Assembly (NCBI GenBank): GCA_030141605.1
Contig: JAQGDQ010000202.1
Location: 156,099-220,098 of the forward strand
Origin: Tubiluchus corallicola
Lineage: Eukaryota > Animalia > Priapulida
Reading direction: 5' to 3'
DNA: 64,000 nucleotides
A model generated the notes under the pieces. The model saw nothing but the letters and a program-made list of their open reading frames with translations. It searched no databases and had not been told where the DNA came from. Positions 35,723-49,100 of this stretch are shown here, one piece after another. Every line of letters starts with the position of its first letter. Positions within the stretch are counted from its first letter, which is position 1. A program made the translations under genes and the position numbers.

Positions 35723-38700
35723 ATGGCTACACCCGCTGTTTCCTCAAAATCGGAGTTTCATGTTGGCGGCAAATACAGACTCGTTAGGAAAATCGGAAGT
35801 GGTTCTTTTGGTGATATATATTTGGGAATAAATATCACAAATGGAGAGGTATGTCAGAACAATAGTATACCTATTTTAATTAATTATAAGTATATATGTT
35901 ATTCGATTTGTATAGTGTCAGCTTATAAGTAAATAAAAGATGTATTTTAATTGTGAACTTCTATTCCTGTTAAATTTAATGGAATTTACTCAAGTGCAAA
36001 GACATTCAAAACGTATACAGAAGAAATGCATCATAAATCGGCTTTGGCAGCTATAGAAACTTAACTGCACTGTTTGCATGGTAATGCTGTGCATAGTAAT
36101 GATGTGGCCCAACTAGGCAGCTACTACAAGTTATACGCTACAAATGTACATGTCTGTAATAAACTATTTCGCTTGTTACATGCTTTCATTACTAATTCAA
36201 TTCAAACTTATTGCTTCATACAATTCTGTTGAAGGTATGCTTAAATATGGTTAGTTCACTTTACGAAATAACCAGAAAGAGGCCGTGTGGTGAAAGACCA
36301 CCAGGTCACCAGGCAACTACCCCTTAGTAATAATACTAATTACTATCGATGGAATTAAAAAATAATGGTGTGAGTAGCATTTGGAGAGAGGTAAATTGCT
36401 TTTTATAAGAAAGATGAAATTCACGCATTCATACGATAAATTGTTATCAGTTTTATGGATAGGCGTTAAATGTAAACGATAAGTACTATGCATCAGTTTA
36501 GGGCTGCCGATTTTCCGTGATCATGGTGAACGGTGGAATTCATGGAAAATGGGCATCAGAAATGGAAACAGGTATGAAAAAAGGAATTGGCCCGATTTCC
36601 GACTTCTGCAAATTTAACCTGCACTGAAAGCTGATACTATTTCACTTAGTACTTATTAAAATGGGTGACAAAGGTAATGTATAGTCAATGTATAGCCAAA
36701 AATGTAAGGAGATCTGATGATGTTGTGTATGTGAAAACTAGGGAAAAGCCAGGTAGTTTCCCAGTGGTTTGTATGAATGTGGCACGGTCGCGTAAAAGTG
36801 CATTGTTAATTAAAATGTAAAACAGTAATTATTATAACATCATTTTTTCAGCAGGGATGCAGCCTTGTTTGTTTTACAGATAACTCTCAGTCAGGGCTGC
36901 CATTTTGTATGATGCTGAATATTGTACTGGATGCTAAAAGTATCATATTTTCCACCAATATCAGCGTATTAGTGACTGAGTAGTGTTGCCGCTTATACCA
37001 TAATTATCAAAACATAGTTCATACCGTACAAAAAAAGCTACATGTTTACAATAATTGATAATTATGTGATAGTTTAATAATGCAAAACAGAAAATTAAGA
37101 AACAAATTTATAACATCACTACTAACCGCTAAGAAATAAACTTTTATTTCAACTGATTTTAAATATTCCACGATTCAGGTTTAAACGTTCACAAAGGTTT
37201 AAAAATTTTTTTTGAAAAAAGTCTCCCTTCCTGCTGACATCTTTTGGGCTCATGAGGTAAGACAGAAACAAATTTTTTGTGGCCGGCCTAGTTCTGTTAG
37301 TCACAATTGGTGGATTTTAACTAAAACGTTACTAAAACATAATCAGTATTATTACATACTCAATTTTCAATACATGGGGTGCAATTTATATTACTGATCT
37401 GCAATGACAAAAAAGATGTTTTCTGATATGACTATACATCCTTATATGCGACAACCATATATTTTGCACACATCTAGTTGCATGAAATGCCATTTTGTTA
37501 TACTATCTATAATTGTAATACCAGCCTCGTTTATTATGCCAATTTTTGCCATGTCTCGATCTCAAGCAAATCTGTTTTTGGTACAAATCTGCATAATCTC
37601 TACACAGTTTTCAAGCATTTCTTAGATTTCATCCTAATGCAAAGGTGACTGAAGTTACTGAACATATGTTAAGTTGGTCTTTTATGTACCATGGTCCCTG
37701 TTGAAGGAGCTTTTGATGAAGTCTAGATGTGATTTGCTAAATCAACTTTAAGTCAGGCATTGCTGTCCACATGTCCTGCCTAGCCTTGCTTAAAGGTTAA
37801 AAGTGATATTCCTAGCACATTAGCATATGTTTTACTCCTGTATTGTTCTGATTATATCAGTTCTTGTCTGATTAACTTCCTCTACAAAAACCGTTTGAGG
37901 ATCAATCACCATTTAAGTTTTTCAACAATCTGATTTTCTTTCAGTCACTGATTGTTTTATTTTTCATATACGGCAACTGATCAGCTTTGAGTTATGTGAC
38001 GCATATGCCTTAAAAATTTCCAAAAATGGGACATCAATTTTCAGTTTACAAGTACCATCCTACAGGTTTAAAAACTGTAGCATTGTTTTGTCGCAATAGG
38101 TAGCATTGTTTTGCAAAAATCATTGAGTTAGAATATACTGAGAATATACAGAAAATGATTTCATGTTGACAAAAAATCAGGTTAATATATATCCTCATTA
38201 AGCACCAATTCAGAGGTAACAAAAAACTTCATTTAACTCCATCTGCCTTCTAAAGCAAACTGTACAGTTAGTATCACTTTACATACTCTTTTGCCAAAAA
38301 CTAAAGTTTAGTCAGGATGGCTAAAGAAAAAGTGACTAAATTCTTGGCAAATGAATACCACCATACCCTAAACTGTTTTCACTATACTGTGACTAATGTA
38401 ACACAAAATGGCTATAAAATTAGCTGTAGCTAAAACTTTGGCTAAAAAAAATTGAATGGGTGAGCTGGCCCTAGTATTAAATTTTACAAAATCTTCAGCA
38501 ATATACAAAAGCAAAATTATGTGTGTTATTTTTGTTGATGTGCCCTTATCAAGAATAATAATATATGTATAAACTTGTTGCAAATGTTGCTGCTACATAT
38601 ATGTGACATTCAGGACTACTTTAAATTTTATATTTTATCATTTTCTTTGAAATAACGCACAATTTTGCTTTTCATTAGTTGAGTCTACCGTATGTGTGAA

Positions 38701-41700
38701 GAATATTTTGTGTCAGATGTATTATTTTCTCCATTATAATTAGTTTTTTGATTTATTACGTGTGCCTGGTACCGCTTGTAACATCCCCACTTTTCCTCAT
38801 TGAGATCTTCAGATTTTGTGTAAAGGTTCTGCACGTCTCTGCTGTAAACTTACATCATAGCAATCAAACCCAAATCTTGTCCAAGCATCAGGGTGAGCGA
38901 ACGAACCCGTATGTTGCTTAGGTCCACCACCAAGTTGTTTGAAGGTCTGAAGATTTTGTGCGATACTGGGGCCAGCTCACCCACCCAACTTTTTAGCCAC
39001 AGCTAATTTTTCAGCCATTTTTGTGTTACATTAGTCTGGTGTATTAACCTGATTTTTTGTCAACATGAAATTATTTTCTATTAGCTAGATATCTCAAAAT
39101 ATAGTGGATACAGCAAGACTGCATGAAGGACATGCTGTGAGCCAAAGCAGAAGTGTTTGGTTTTGGTGAAAAAGATTTCCTGTGACATCATAAATAGGTC
39201 ATTGCAGGAAAATGCAAAAATGAGCAGGAGTGTCAATCCATACTCTTCAAAAATATATTGTAACAATTGAGTCTAGCCCCTTGATAATAATGGAAACACT
39301 AGTAGAGTCTATAGTCTGTAGATCTCAAGTTTACTGTTTGTTAGGTTATACATGTTTTCTTATTACTTTTGTAGGAAGTTGCAGTTAAGCTGGAGTCACA
39401 GAAAGCTAGGCACCCACAGTTGCTTTATGAAAGCAAAGTTTACAAAATTTTGATGGGAGGAATTGGAATACCACATATACGGTAAGTGCAAAAGTTTTAT
39501 GTTATCCTGATGGTGAGATTAAAATGTATTTACTTGGAATTTGCCTCTGTAATCATTGTAAATAAGTACTGTACAGTACATTGCACGATTGACTTCAAGA
39601 ATAAAAAAATTAAATATTAAATTTTCTGTGTGCAATGATTTACTGCAAAATTGTTGCATTTCCCTTATATTCTGACTGGCGACCTTTTGCTTCCTAAATT
39701 TGTAATAACATATTTTACCAAATAAACTTTACTGGTATTCTGCATTATTCGGAGTGGAACCATGCTTACATTATTGTATCATTTTTTCATCTTTTTATAT
39801 ATTACTGTTATTGTGACAATGTAGTGAAGTCAGTGACAACAATATGAAGCATTTAATTCAATAATAGGATTCAGTGACATGTGCTATAGTACATGTATGT
39901 AAATTAAGGCGCGTTTCCGACTTCGGATTGAATTTCGCTATGGTGAAAGGAAATAATTGCTGTTAAGTGCTTTAAACCAAGCTAAACCGAAAGAAAATGT
40001 GTGAAACGGTTAAAACCGGTACATTTTTGTAATTCAACTCAACTGAGCTTTTATTTCCAAATTAAACTGCCTAACTGTCGACTAATGGTGAACAATTGTG
40101 ATTTAATTGGTATTCCAACCGAGACCTTGTAGTTTGTACGATGTTACTACTACCAAATTACTGTCAACTTAATAGCCTGCTATCATTTCCTAAAAATACT
40201 GTAACATCATTAAACAATTGGTTAATTATGATGTTGTTGTTTGTTGGTTTAAACATCATGTATTTTATTAAGTCAGAAGGTTTACAAAATTGCATGTTAT
40301 ATTTTTAAGAAAAACAGAATGAAATAGTCCATTAGGACAGAACCCCTTGCCTGTTTTAAGCCCTTTGGACAGACTGACATGTTCAATTACCATTTAACGT
40401 TTCTATTTCATTATTTTCACGTATCACTGTAACATGTTGTTGTTTGTTCAAGCACATGTAAACAAACTAGGTAGATCTGTAGGTCATGAGACATCCATTT
40501 ACTATGTTGTGTCCACATAATTTAAATTTCTGTTCTTTCTGACACAGCTGAAACAAAAAAGTAAAACCAAGTAAACAAATTTTTCTAGTTAATTCACTTT
40601 CCCATATGTTTGTATGCTTGTTACACTAGTTTTGAGAAGTAACTAGTTGCAATTACAATTTCCTGTAACAAGTTACTGAAAAAGTTTACTAAAATTGTAG
40701 TAGCACAGATACTCGTAAAACTAGTCGCTGTGCAATTATTTGTCAATACAGTGTAAATTTCTTTGTCTAAATTTAATATAATCATAGTAGATTTTTCAAC
40801 GTTTCATCATTGATTGTCATCCTAGTTTTCCTGCTGTAATTAAAGATACTAACCATCGGACATCAACAGTAGATGCTTGAGTATGTATGTGGAGCCATTG
40901 GTGAATTCGTGCATGTATTGATTGCTGCTCGTACGATGTACAGTAGACTTCACTGCGTGTAGCAAGGACGACTAGTATGGTCACTAGCAATGATTATCGT
41001 GCAGAGCAGACATACTGAATTACTGATTACTAAAATGCCAACATACTGTACTCTCCAAATGAATAAATTAGAAAACTATAGAAACAGTAATATGTTTAAC
41101 GAATAACTCTGATTGCATCTGAATAAATAATGTACGGCTGTTTGCCAGGCTATCTATCTATATAATGCGTCTCTTTTCGTTCCTCCCTTTTAATGTAGTT
41201 TGTTCTTGGACCAAGGGTTTAGATTTGATACGCCCATCATAAAATTTTCTTTTCTTTTTATAATTATTTGACTTTATTTTCATAATCTAATATCCGCTTG
41301 TCATCTTCCAAACATATTATTGTTCAGAATTAAAACAAAATAATCTTTGACTAATTGAAAATTTAAACGGTAGTGAAGCGAAATATATTTTTTGATGTTG
41401 TTTCGCAGAAACTTCGAAATTGGGCGGTATTTTGCATTTTTTTCCGTAAGCACAGTGCTCAATTTCAATACTGCATCTACTAAACAACATCTATAACCTC
41501 CTTGCAGCACTTACCCCTATAATAATAATAGTAATAGTAACAAAAACCACGAAGGCTATTGCATTGTGCAGATAATTTTTGAGATTTTGAATTTTGTCAA
41601 CATTTCGTTCTTGTCAGACTTGGATTAGTTACTTAATAAAATACGCTTAACCTTTTGTCGAATTCTGATCTAGAATCTTGGGTTTTGAACTCAGTCTTCT

Positions 41701-44700
41701 GCGTTAGAACTGCAAATGCTTATGACAAGTTGCAGCCACAAGTGACTGATACACTGCAAGCGGACCTAAGATAATACTAATTATATAAGAACTATAAATA
41801 AAAGCATAAATCTTTAAATTGATTTAAATATACCACCAGGTTATTGCCACCGCAACGACAAATAGTATAAAGTTTGATGGCCCAGTGCAAAAACATAATT
41901 AGCAAATACTAATTGTGACAACCTTTTCTGATTTTAAATTAACGTGTGTGATACAGGCAAAAATGGTTCAATATTTTTGATATAAAATTGGAATATTGCT
42001 CATTATTGCATGAAAACTTTATTAGTCGTTATATGTTGTATTTACAGGTGGTATGGTCAAGAGAGAGATTATAATGTTTTAGTAATGGACTTACTAGGTC
42101 CGAGTTTAGAAGATTTATTCAACTTCTGCTCGCGACGGTTTACAATGAAAACTGTTCTCATGCTTGCAGATCAGGTGAGTTCGTTCTTAATTTTATTCTT
42201 GTAAGTAAAGAGCTTGGAGTGTGTTCATGTGTAGTAATGGTAGGTTTAAAATGTCCATGATATTTACAAACTGATGAGTTAACTTAATACCATCTCCTTA
42301 TGTGTTAAATATAAAGTTGTATGTAGAGCTTAAAAGTTCTGAAAAATTCATGATTTGAATTCCCTGTATTTCCGTTTTTTCTTTTCTGTCATTGTTTTGA
42401 AGTTTTGCTTGGTAGTTTGAACTAGAGATGGTCTTATGCACTATTGTGCAAAATTTACAAAGGTGCTAAACTTGGTAGTTGTCCAATAGTTTTATTAGTC
42501 ACGAGTTGAAGATGAATCAATGTTTGCAACCGCAGTATGACTTCACCTGACTCGTATTTACTTTGAAGATGGGCTTTTGTGGCAAGTTGATAAGATAATT
42601 GAAGCTTTTCCGGGTTTTGATTTTTATTTTGCCTTTATAAAAGTAATAAATCATGTTCTACAACAGCCTAACGTACCAGACAGTATGTTACTTGTAGTAA
42701 AATAGGCGATTATGTAATGAGTTGCCAAAGCATGTTTAAAGTGCCATTAAATAACCTTGATAATAACTGTTTCAGTTTACCGTTTTCGTTAAGTAGTTGT
42801 CTTGGGTAATGTTGTCTGTGTTCTGTACGGTACAGTGTAAAAACCAATAGTGGTGAATTTCAACCGATCACTAGGCAATGTAAACACTGAACCGAGTGAT
42901 ATTGATTTTAATGTTTTATGCGCTGTTATTTTCACAACTAGGCCTGGCCTTTCTTACTCTTGTATTATGATAAAAAATAAATAAAACTTGTAAAAAGCAT
43001 TATCAGCTAGTTCGCTTGTAAGCAAAAACACTTCAAAACATTATGGGTCCGGTCCGACTGATGTAAACGCGCATGAGCACTAGCCGAAAACTCACCTGAA
43101 AATTGAAAGAAAAAGGAAAGGTCATCCTAAGCCCTTCTTCATTTAGCTTTAAAACTGTATTATTGTTTTTGCTGGTCAAAACTTTAAGCACGGAAATTCT
43201 TGTTTTCCGGTTCGTTCTTTTATCCAAGCGTGCTTGTTTCTTCGGTAATGTTAAATGTACAAGTTTCTAAGGTCTCGCAGTTTTGCAAATTTGCCGCGTG
43301 TTCCTACTTAGTTGTTACGTCCCTTGAGTTTATATAGGTTTATAGGGCACGCGCATGCACTTACGTTCACCCGAACAACGTGTTGGTAAGCGCTTTAAAA
43401 CTGCTTGAAAATATGACATGTGAATCACAGTGAATGAAGAGTTCAAATGAATGTAAACTTGTTCCCTGCTTAGCTTGGATTTTTGCCGTTACACAAATCT
43501 CCTCTGTATGAAGATTAGACATAAGAAACTATCACAGTGATTTTTTTTCCGATACTTCGTATAAAGTAATTTAAGCTCTTACGCATCTTATTCCTACTTT
43601 GTAAGCAAATGCAGGCCTGATGGTTTTACCCTGCATATGCAACAGTAATGCACGCCTTCAAGCCTTGTATATTTGGCGAGTTAATTATTGAACATTGCCG
43701 GTCATATGACATGCCATTTAACCGTGAAAGTACAATTGTTTTGCTTGTAAGCACGTTTAACTAAATATAGTGCCTTGAGCTATAAATATGCCCCCGGTTG
43801 TCAGACTTTTCATAGGTTCCTTTAAATTTTTTATAACATTTGTGCGTATTGGTTTTTTCTCAGTCAGTACTTGGTTAGTAACTCCGTTTAATTCCATATA
43901 AACAATATTAGTACGCACATATTGCCTTTTCCAAGGCAACCCAAATCCCAAAAATTTATTTCAGAACTTTCATTCTTTTGTACTTGAGTTGCTCGTAGTA
44001 CAATATTTCTTCTTCTAATTTATTTATTTTTCAGCTTATTGTAGTGATTTGTAGTAGTGGGCTAGTGGCGGTAGTGATATTTATTTAAGTGACATGTTTT
44101 CATAATTACAAAGCTTAACAATTACCTATAACACAACAAAATGGTAAAACGTAACCAAAGAGACTTGTAGGTCACTATGTAGATAGCTGCAGTTAGAAGT
44201 TATGCAGTTAGATGTTCTGTTATAATTATATAACTTGTTGTCGTTTCATGTAATAGCCATCGGCTAAAATAATGGCGATTTTAATGTGATAACGATGATG
44301 ATGAGGATGGTAATGGCGATGACGATGATGATGTTCACTTTAGGTATTCGGGCAAAGAAGTTATTTTAATAATTTTGTAAAATGCAGAAACAAATAACGG
44401 AGCAGTGGCTGATCATTAGTTCAGTAAGTGAGATTCTATTGTGTGAAAAAAAGAGTAAGTAATCAAATTTGATTGTGCAGCTGTAGCTGATGGCTTGGCA
44501 GTAGGTTAATTTAACCTACAGCAAGTCATTAAACTGTCTGTCCTTCATGCTGTAAGCACACCTTGCTCATTACTGCATTAATAATCTTCATAGTGTTGTG
44601 TTATTTATACAAATTTCATGGCAACCATAAGAACTAGTCGTTCAACAGCTTGATTAAAAATTATTCTTCGACCACAGAAGCATTGCATTCTAAATAAATT

Positions 44701-46143
44701 ATACATTATCTTAATTATGGATATTGCAAGATATTATTGATGATAAACTCCTTGGAATTACTGTATTAAATTTACAGGCAAATTAGATGGGAAAATGAAG
44801 AAGGAAATTGTTTTTAACTGCATGCGCATTTCAGTCAGTAATGTTGAGGTTGCTGCTGTGCTGTTAGAATTGAATCAATACTGGCCTAACTTATGCTACT
44901 GACCTTGGAAGTCCTAGCATTGGACATGCGACGCGTGCCAAATGTTTGCGAGTGGTCCAAACCCAGGCTCAGTATCTTTAGTTTTTGAATGTAATTTCCC
45001 CCCCCCGAGAGGCTTATGCCATCCTAGTTAAATACATTTTGGTACCCATCTTAAAATGATTTCAGGCGTGACATTAAAATCCGTTTCATTTATGGTGTGT
45101 GACCTCTTCTAATTCTTAAGCACAAGATGACAAAGTAAATTTCAATGTAAATAGTCGTGTTCAAACCACAGTAAAACCTATGCAAATAAATGCTGCATTC
45201 TTTGTGATATTCGATTTTTGGTAGCAATAATAAATCTGTAGTTTGTCGTGATTTCGTTGCGTTGTAAATGGTGATGATTAAGGTCTTTGATGAAGCAGAA
45301 TTTGTTCGTTCTGTTAGGGTGAACATCTGTGGAAGGCACTCATGGTGTCTGCGCTTTGCTTCACTATGATTTGAATTACGATTTTATATGCTAATTTATA
45401 GATATTTTATTTTTTGCTAGCTCACTGCTTAGACCTGACTTATAGATTTCCTCCATATTTGTTACAAATGTTCTTGATATAATTTTCACATGATTTTTGA
45501 CTTAAAATATTGTTTCACATATGCTTCCTGATGTAATTACCAAAAAACTTTGAGAATGCACTGTTACACTTGACATTAAACTGGTTAGAAAATGTGTCCA
45601 CAAGCTTGCATTCAAGATTTTCTATTCTGATTTGCATGATTCGATGTTTTGAACAGAACATTCTGTGAACTCTAGATTTCTTTGAACATGTTCATATATA
45701 AATCTTTCTGTAGTGTTTACCATGACTAGTTATTGGCTTTTTTGGGGCAACTTGTATAAAAAAACAACAATACTTTAACACACATGTTGAACATTGCAGA
45801 AAAGGTTACTCCAGAAATAGGATGAAATATAAGCCAGTCACAAATACTGTTAATGATCTTGCAAAGGTTTACCTGTACGTGTTACAAAATACTGTAGTGA
45901 TACTAAAATTAACAAAATTACTGTGATACTACTAAGGTCATAAATTTGGTGCAGATGTTAGAACTTAAGAAGATCATTTCATTTTACAATAACGAATATA
46001 CGTAACCAAAATTTTCAAGTGTTTCGTGCAGAATTTTTTTTTGTTTACACTTTATGTGGTTCTTGCTATTGGTACTATTGCATAAAGTCTCTTATTCGAA
46101 ATGTATGGAAATTTTAAACTACATTGCTATATATTTTGTACAC

Positions 46144-46176
<33 letters not shown>

Positions 46177-49100
46177 GTGCGTGCGTGCGCCGAGCTCGCG
46201 TGCGTAGTAATATATGTACATTTATTTAAATAGTTAAGTAAAATAATCTTTTTCATTTTTACATTTAATTTTATAAAAGTATTGAGAAAACCTGATCAGT
46301 TCAGTGGATAACAACTTTCTTTTAAAGCAATATTATCAATCAATATTTAATTACATTTTACAACAGTGTCATAATACATATTTCAGTCTTAAATAGATAC
46401 TTACTATGTACTGTTTTAGGTTGAGAAAAATTGTTTTTTTTTTTGTTTGAACGTATTGCTTAGTTGCTAAATATGTGTTTTTATACTTTTTCAGATGATA
46501 GGTCGAATTGAATACGTACACAACAAAAATTTTATTCATCGGGATGTGAAACCTGATAATTTTCTTATGGGCATCGGACGACATTGCAATAAGGTATTAG
46601 TTAAATAACAGATCAGCTATAAGAATTTTGCCCAGTTTTAATTCCTGGTTCTCGAAGTAATCTTTATCTTGAAGTAATCCCACATTTTCACTTGTTCTAG
46701 GAAAACTTAGCAAATTGCTATTTCTTAATGCAGTTTGAAAAAATTTAAATTGAAAGAAACTTAAAAAATAGTCAAAAGTACAGTAATTATATGGTTATAA
46801 TCATATGACATTAGGGTACATACAGTTGTGAGCAATACAACTAGTCATATTGCGCTTCTATGGACATTACTGTCATCATTATTTGACTATGGTTTATAAA
46901 TGAAGTTGTTTATTAGCTCTTTCTTGTTAATCTCTTTAAACCATCAGCCTGATTAATTTTAGACTTGTTACACTTTACTATGGGACTGTAGTGATAAATG
47001 ATTCTCAAACTTGAGAATGCTTTAAACATTCAAGTAAGACTGTGCCTTTATCTAAGGTTACTTTAGTAATCTTTCCTTTAATCCGTGAGTAGTTAGAGCA
47101 TGTGTCGTATATAATTGCACATAAAACAATTACTGTATTGTGGTAATTAATTACTTTATTCAGTATGAACTATCACAAATTTATCATATTGTTTAAAGCC
47201 AGTATTCACAACCTGTGCTTTGTTCACGGTATACGTTTATAATTTGAGGGAAGTCAAATGCCTTTCATCTTGGTAATATTTTTTCCTCTGTCGTTCCTAA
47301 TTGATATTAGACTGGCAATTAAGTACAAAGCTCATATTCGCCAGCCCACAGCCTACCAAGCGGACAAATGCTTGACTGGAGCAACCTGATACTCTAGTAT
47401 ATATACACATTTGGGTCTAGAACAGATGGAATTTTACTTTAACTTGTGAAACTTTTTTCTTCAGCTGTTCCTAATTGATTTTGGACTGGCAAAGAAGTAC
47501 AGAGATAACCGTACTCGCCAGCACATAAACTACCGAGAGGACAAAAACTTAACTGGAACAGCCCGATATGCTAGTATAAATGCGCATTTGGGTATAGAGC
47601 AAAGGTATAAGAATTCGACATCTTGTTTAGTGGACTGTTTTTATTTATTCCATTATACTTTATATTAAGATTGTGATTTTTTTATGTAAATTTAGTGTAG
47701 AAATTGATGTTTCTTTGTTTAAAGGCATCCGTAAAAGTGATTTAAACTAGTGACATTTGGAAAATCTTATCTACTTGAATGACCTAGTGAATTGATGATG
47801 ACTCTGTCTGTTGCAATTATGATAAATCTAAGATCTAAGCATTATTTATTTTAAGCGAATTAACTTTCATTTAATTTTTACAGTCGGAGAGACGACATGG
47901 AGTCATTGGGTTATGTACTAATGTATTTTAACAGGACCAGTCTCCCTTGGCAAGGTCTAAAAGTAAGTTTGTAAGATTACCTTTAAGCTGGGTTTATTTA
48001 TTTCGGGTTGAAATTGTCCCATCTCCAGAAAGTCTAGTCTTGAAATCCAGTCTGGTATAATAATGTTTGTTCTTGGTTTGGACTGAGTAAGTGACAAAAA
48101 TGTTGCTTAGTTTATTACTTTTTTAACATTTTAAGGTCTGGAAACAAAACTACTTGAATTTGCTATGTGACATATTAAAATGAGAATTCGCTGGTTTCCG
48201 CTCTCTTAGTTCTGTGACAAGGATGTGTCATCAAAAGATTAATAAAATCAGCATGGTTGTTTGAGTTTTGTTTCTAAATAAAAATTATAGAAACATGTTT
48301 AATTGAATGCTAGATTACTGATATAAGCTGATTAAACATTGTTAGAAGTTTGCTTATGTTTTTAATGACAGTGCAGATTCATTTTAGTATTTCGGAATGT
48401 TCACAGGTTTAAACTTCTCACATTTTGCTCATATATTGAAAAACTTGTTTACACCTGCTAAATCAATGATAGCTAAAAGTCCGTTGTTGAAGTGTATTGA
48501 ATTAATGGTGTGAATTTTGTAGTTGCTAATTCCTTTGCCTGGCGGTAACTTTTTGAATCACTCATTTCAGGCCGCAACCAAAAAACAGAAGTATGAAAAA
48601 ATCAGTGAGAAAAAGATGTCAACTCCTGTGGAAGTGTTGTGCAAAGTATGTAAACAAGTTTTGTGATTGTTGTTTGTTTGTTCATTTGTTCGCTCTCGTA
48701 GTTTACTAGGCAGTGCAGTTGTTTTCGATTACCAGTGGCTAAATGTAAATCTAAATCTGACACGTGTGCTAGGGAAGCTTCACATTGTTCAGCCTCTCTT
48801 GACAGCAGTGTGAAAATCTAGAAATTAAGATGTCTTGTACATATGTATTCGTAATCATTACATCTAGTCAAAGCTGTTGATTCTTAAAGCCTTATTTAGT
48901 AACAAAGTAATACATAATGTGGCTCAGAATACTCTTTTAAGCTGCTGTTTTGTGTTTTTGTTAGGAGTGATATGCACTCCTATTTTGTTATGCATGATAA
49001 CTTCTTTGGCTGGAACATCTTTGGTAGATTTATCTTTTTATTTTAGGTTTTTACTAATTTCTGTATTTACGATTTAGGTACAATTAGTGACTTGCAGTTA

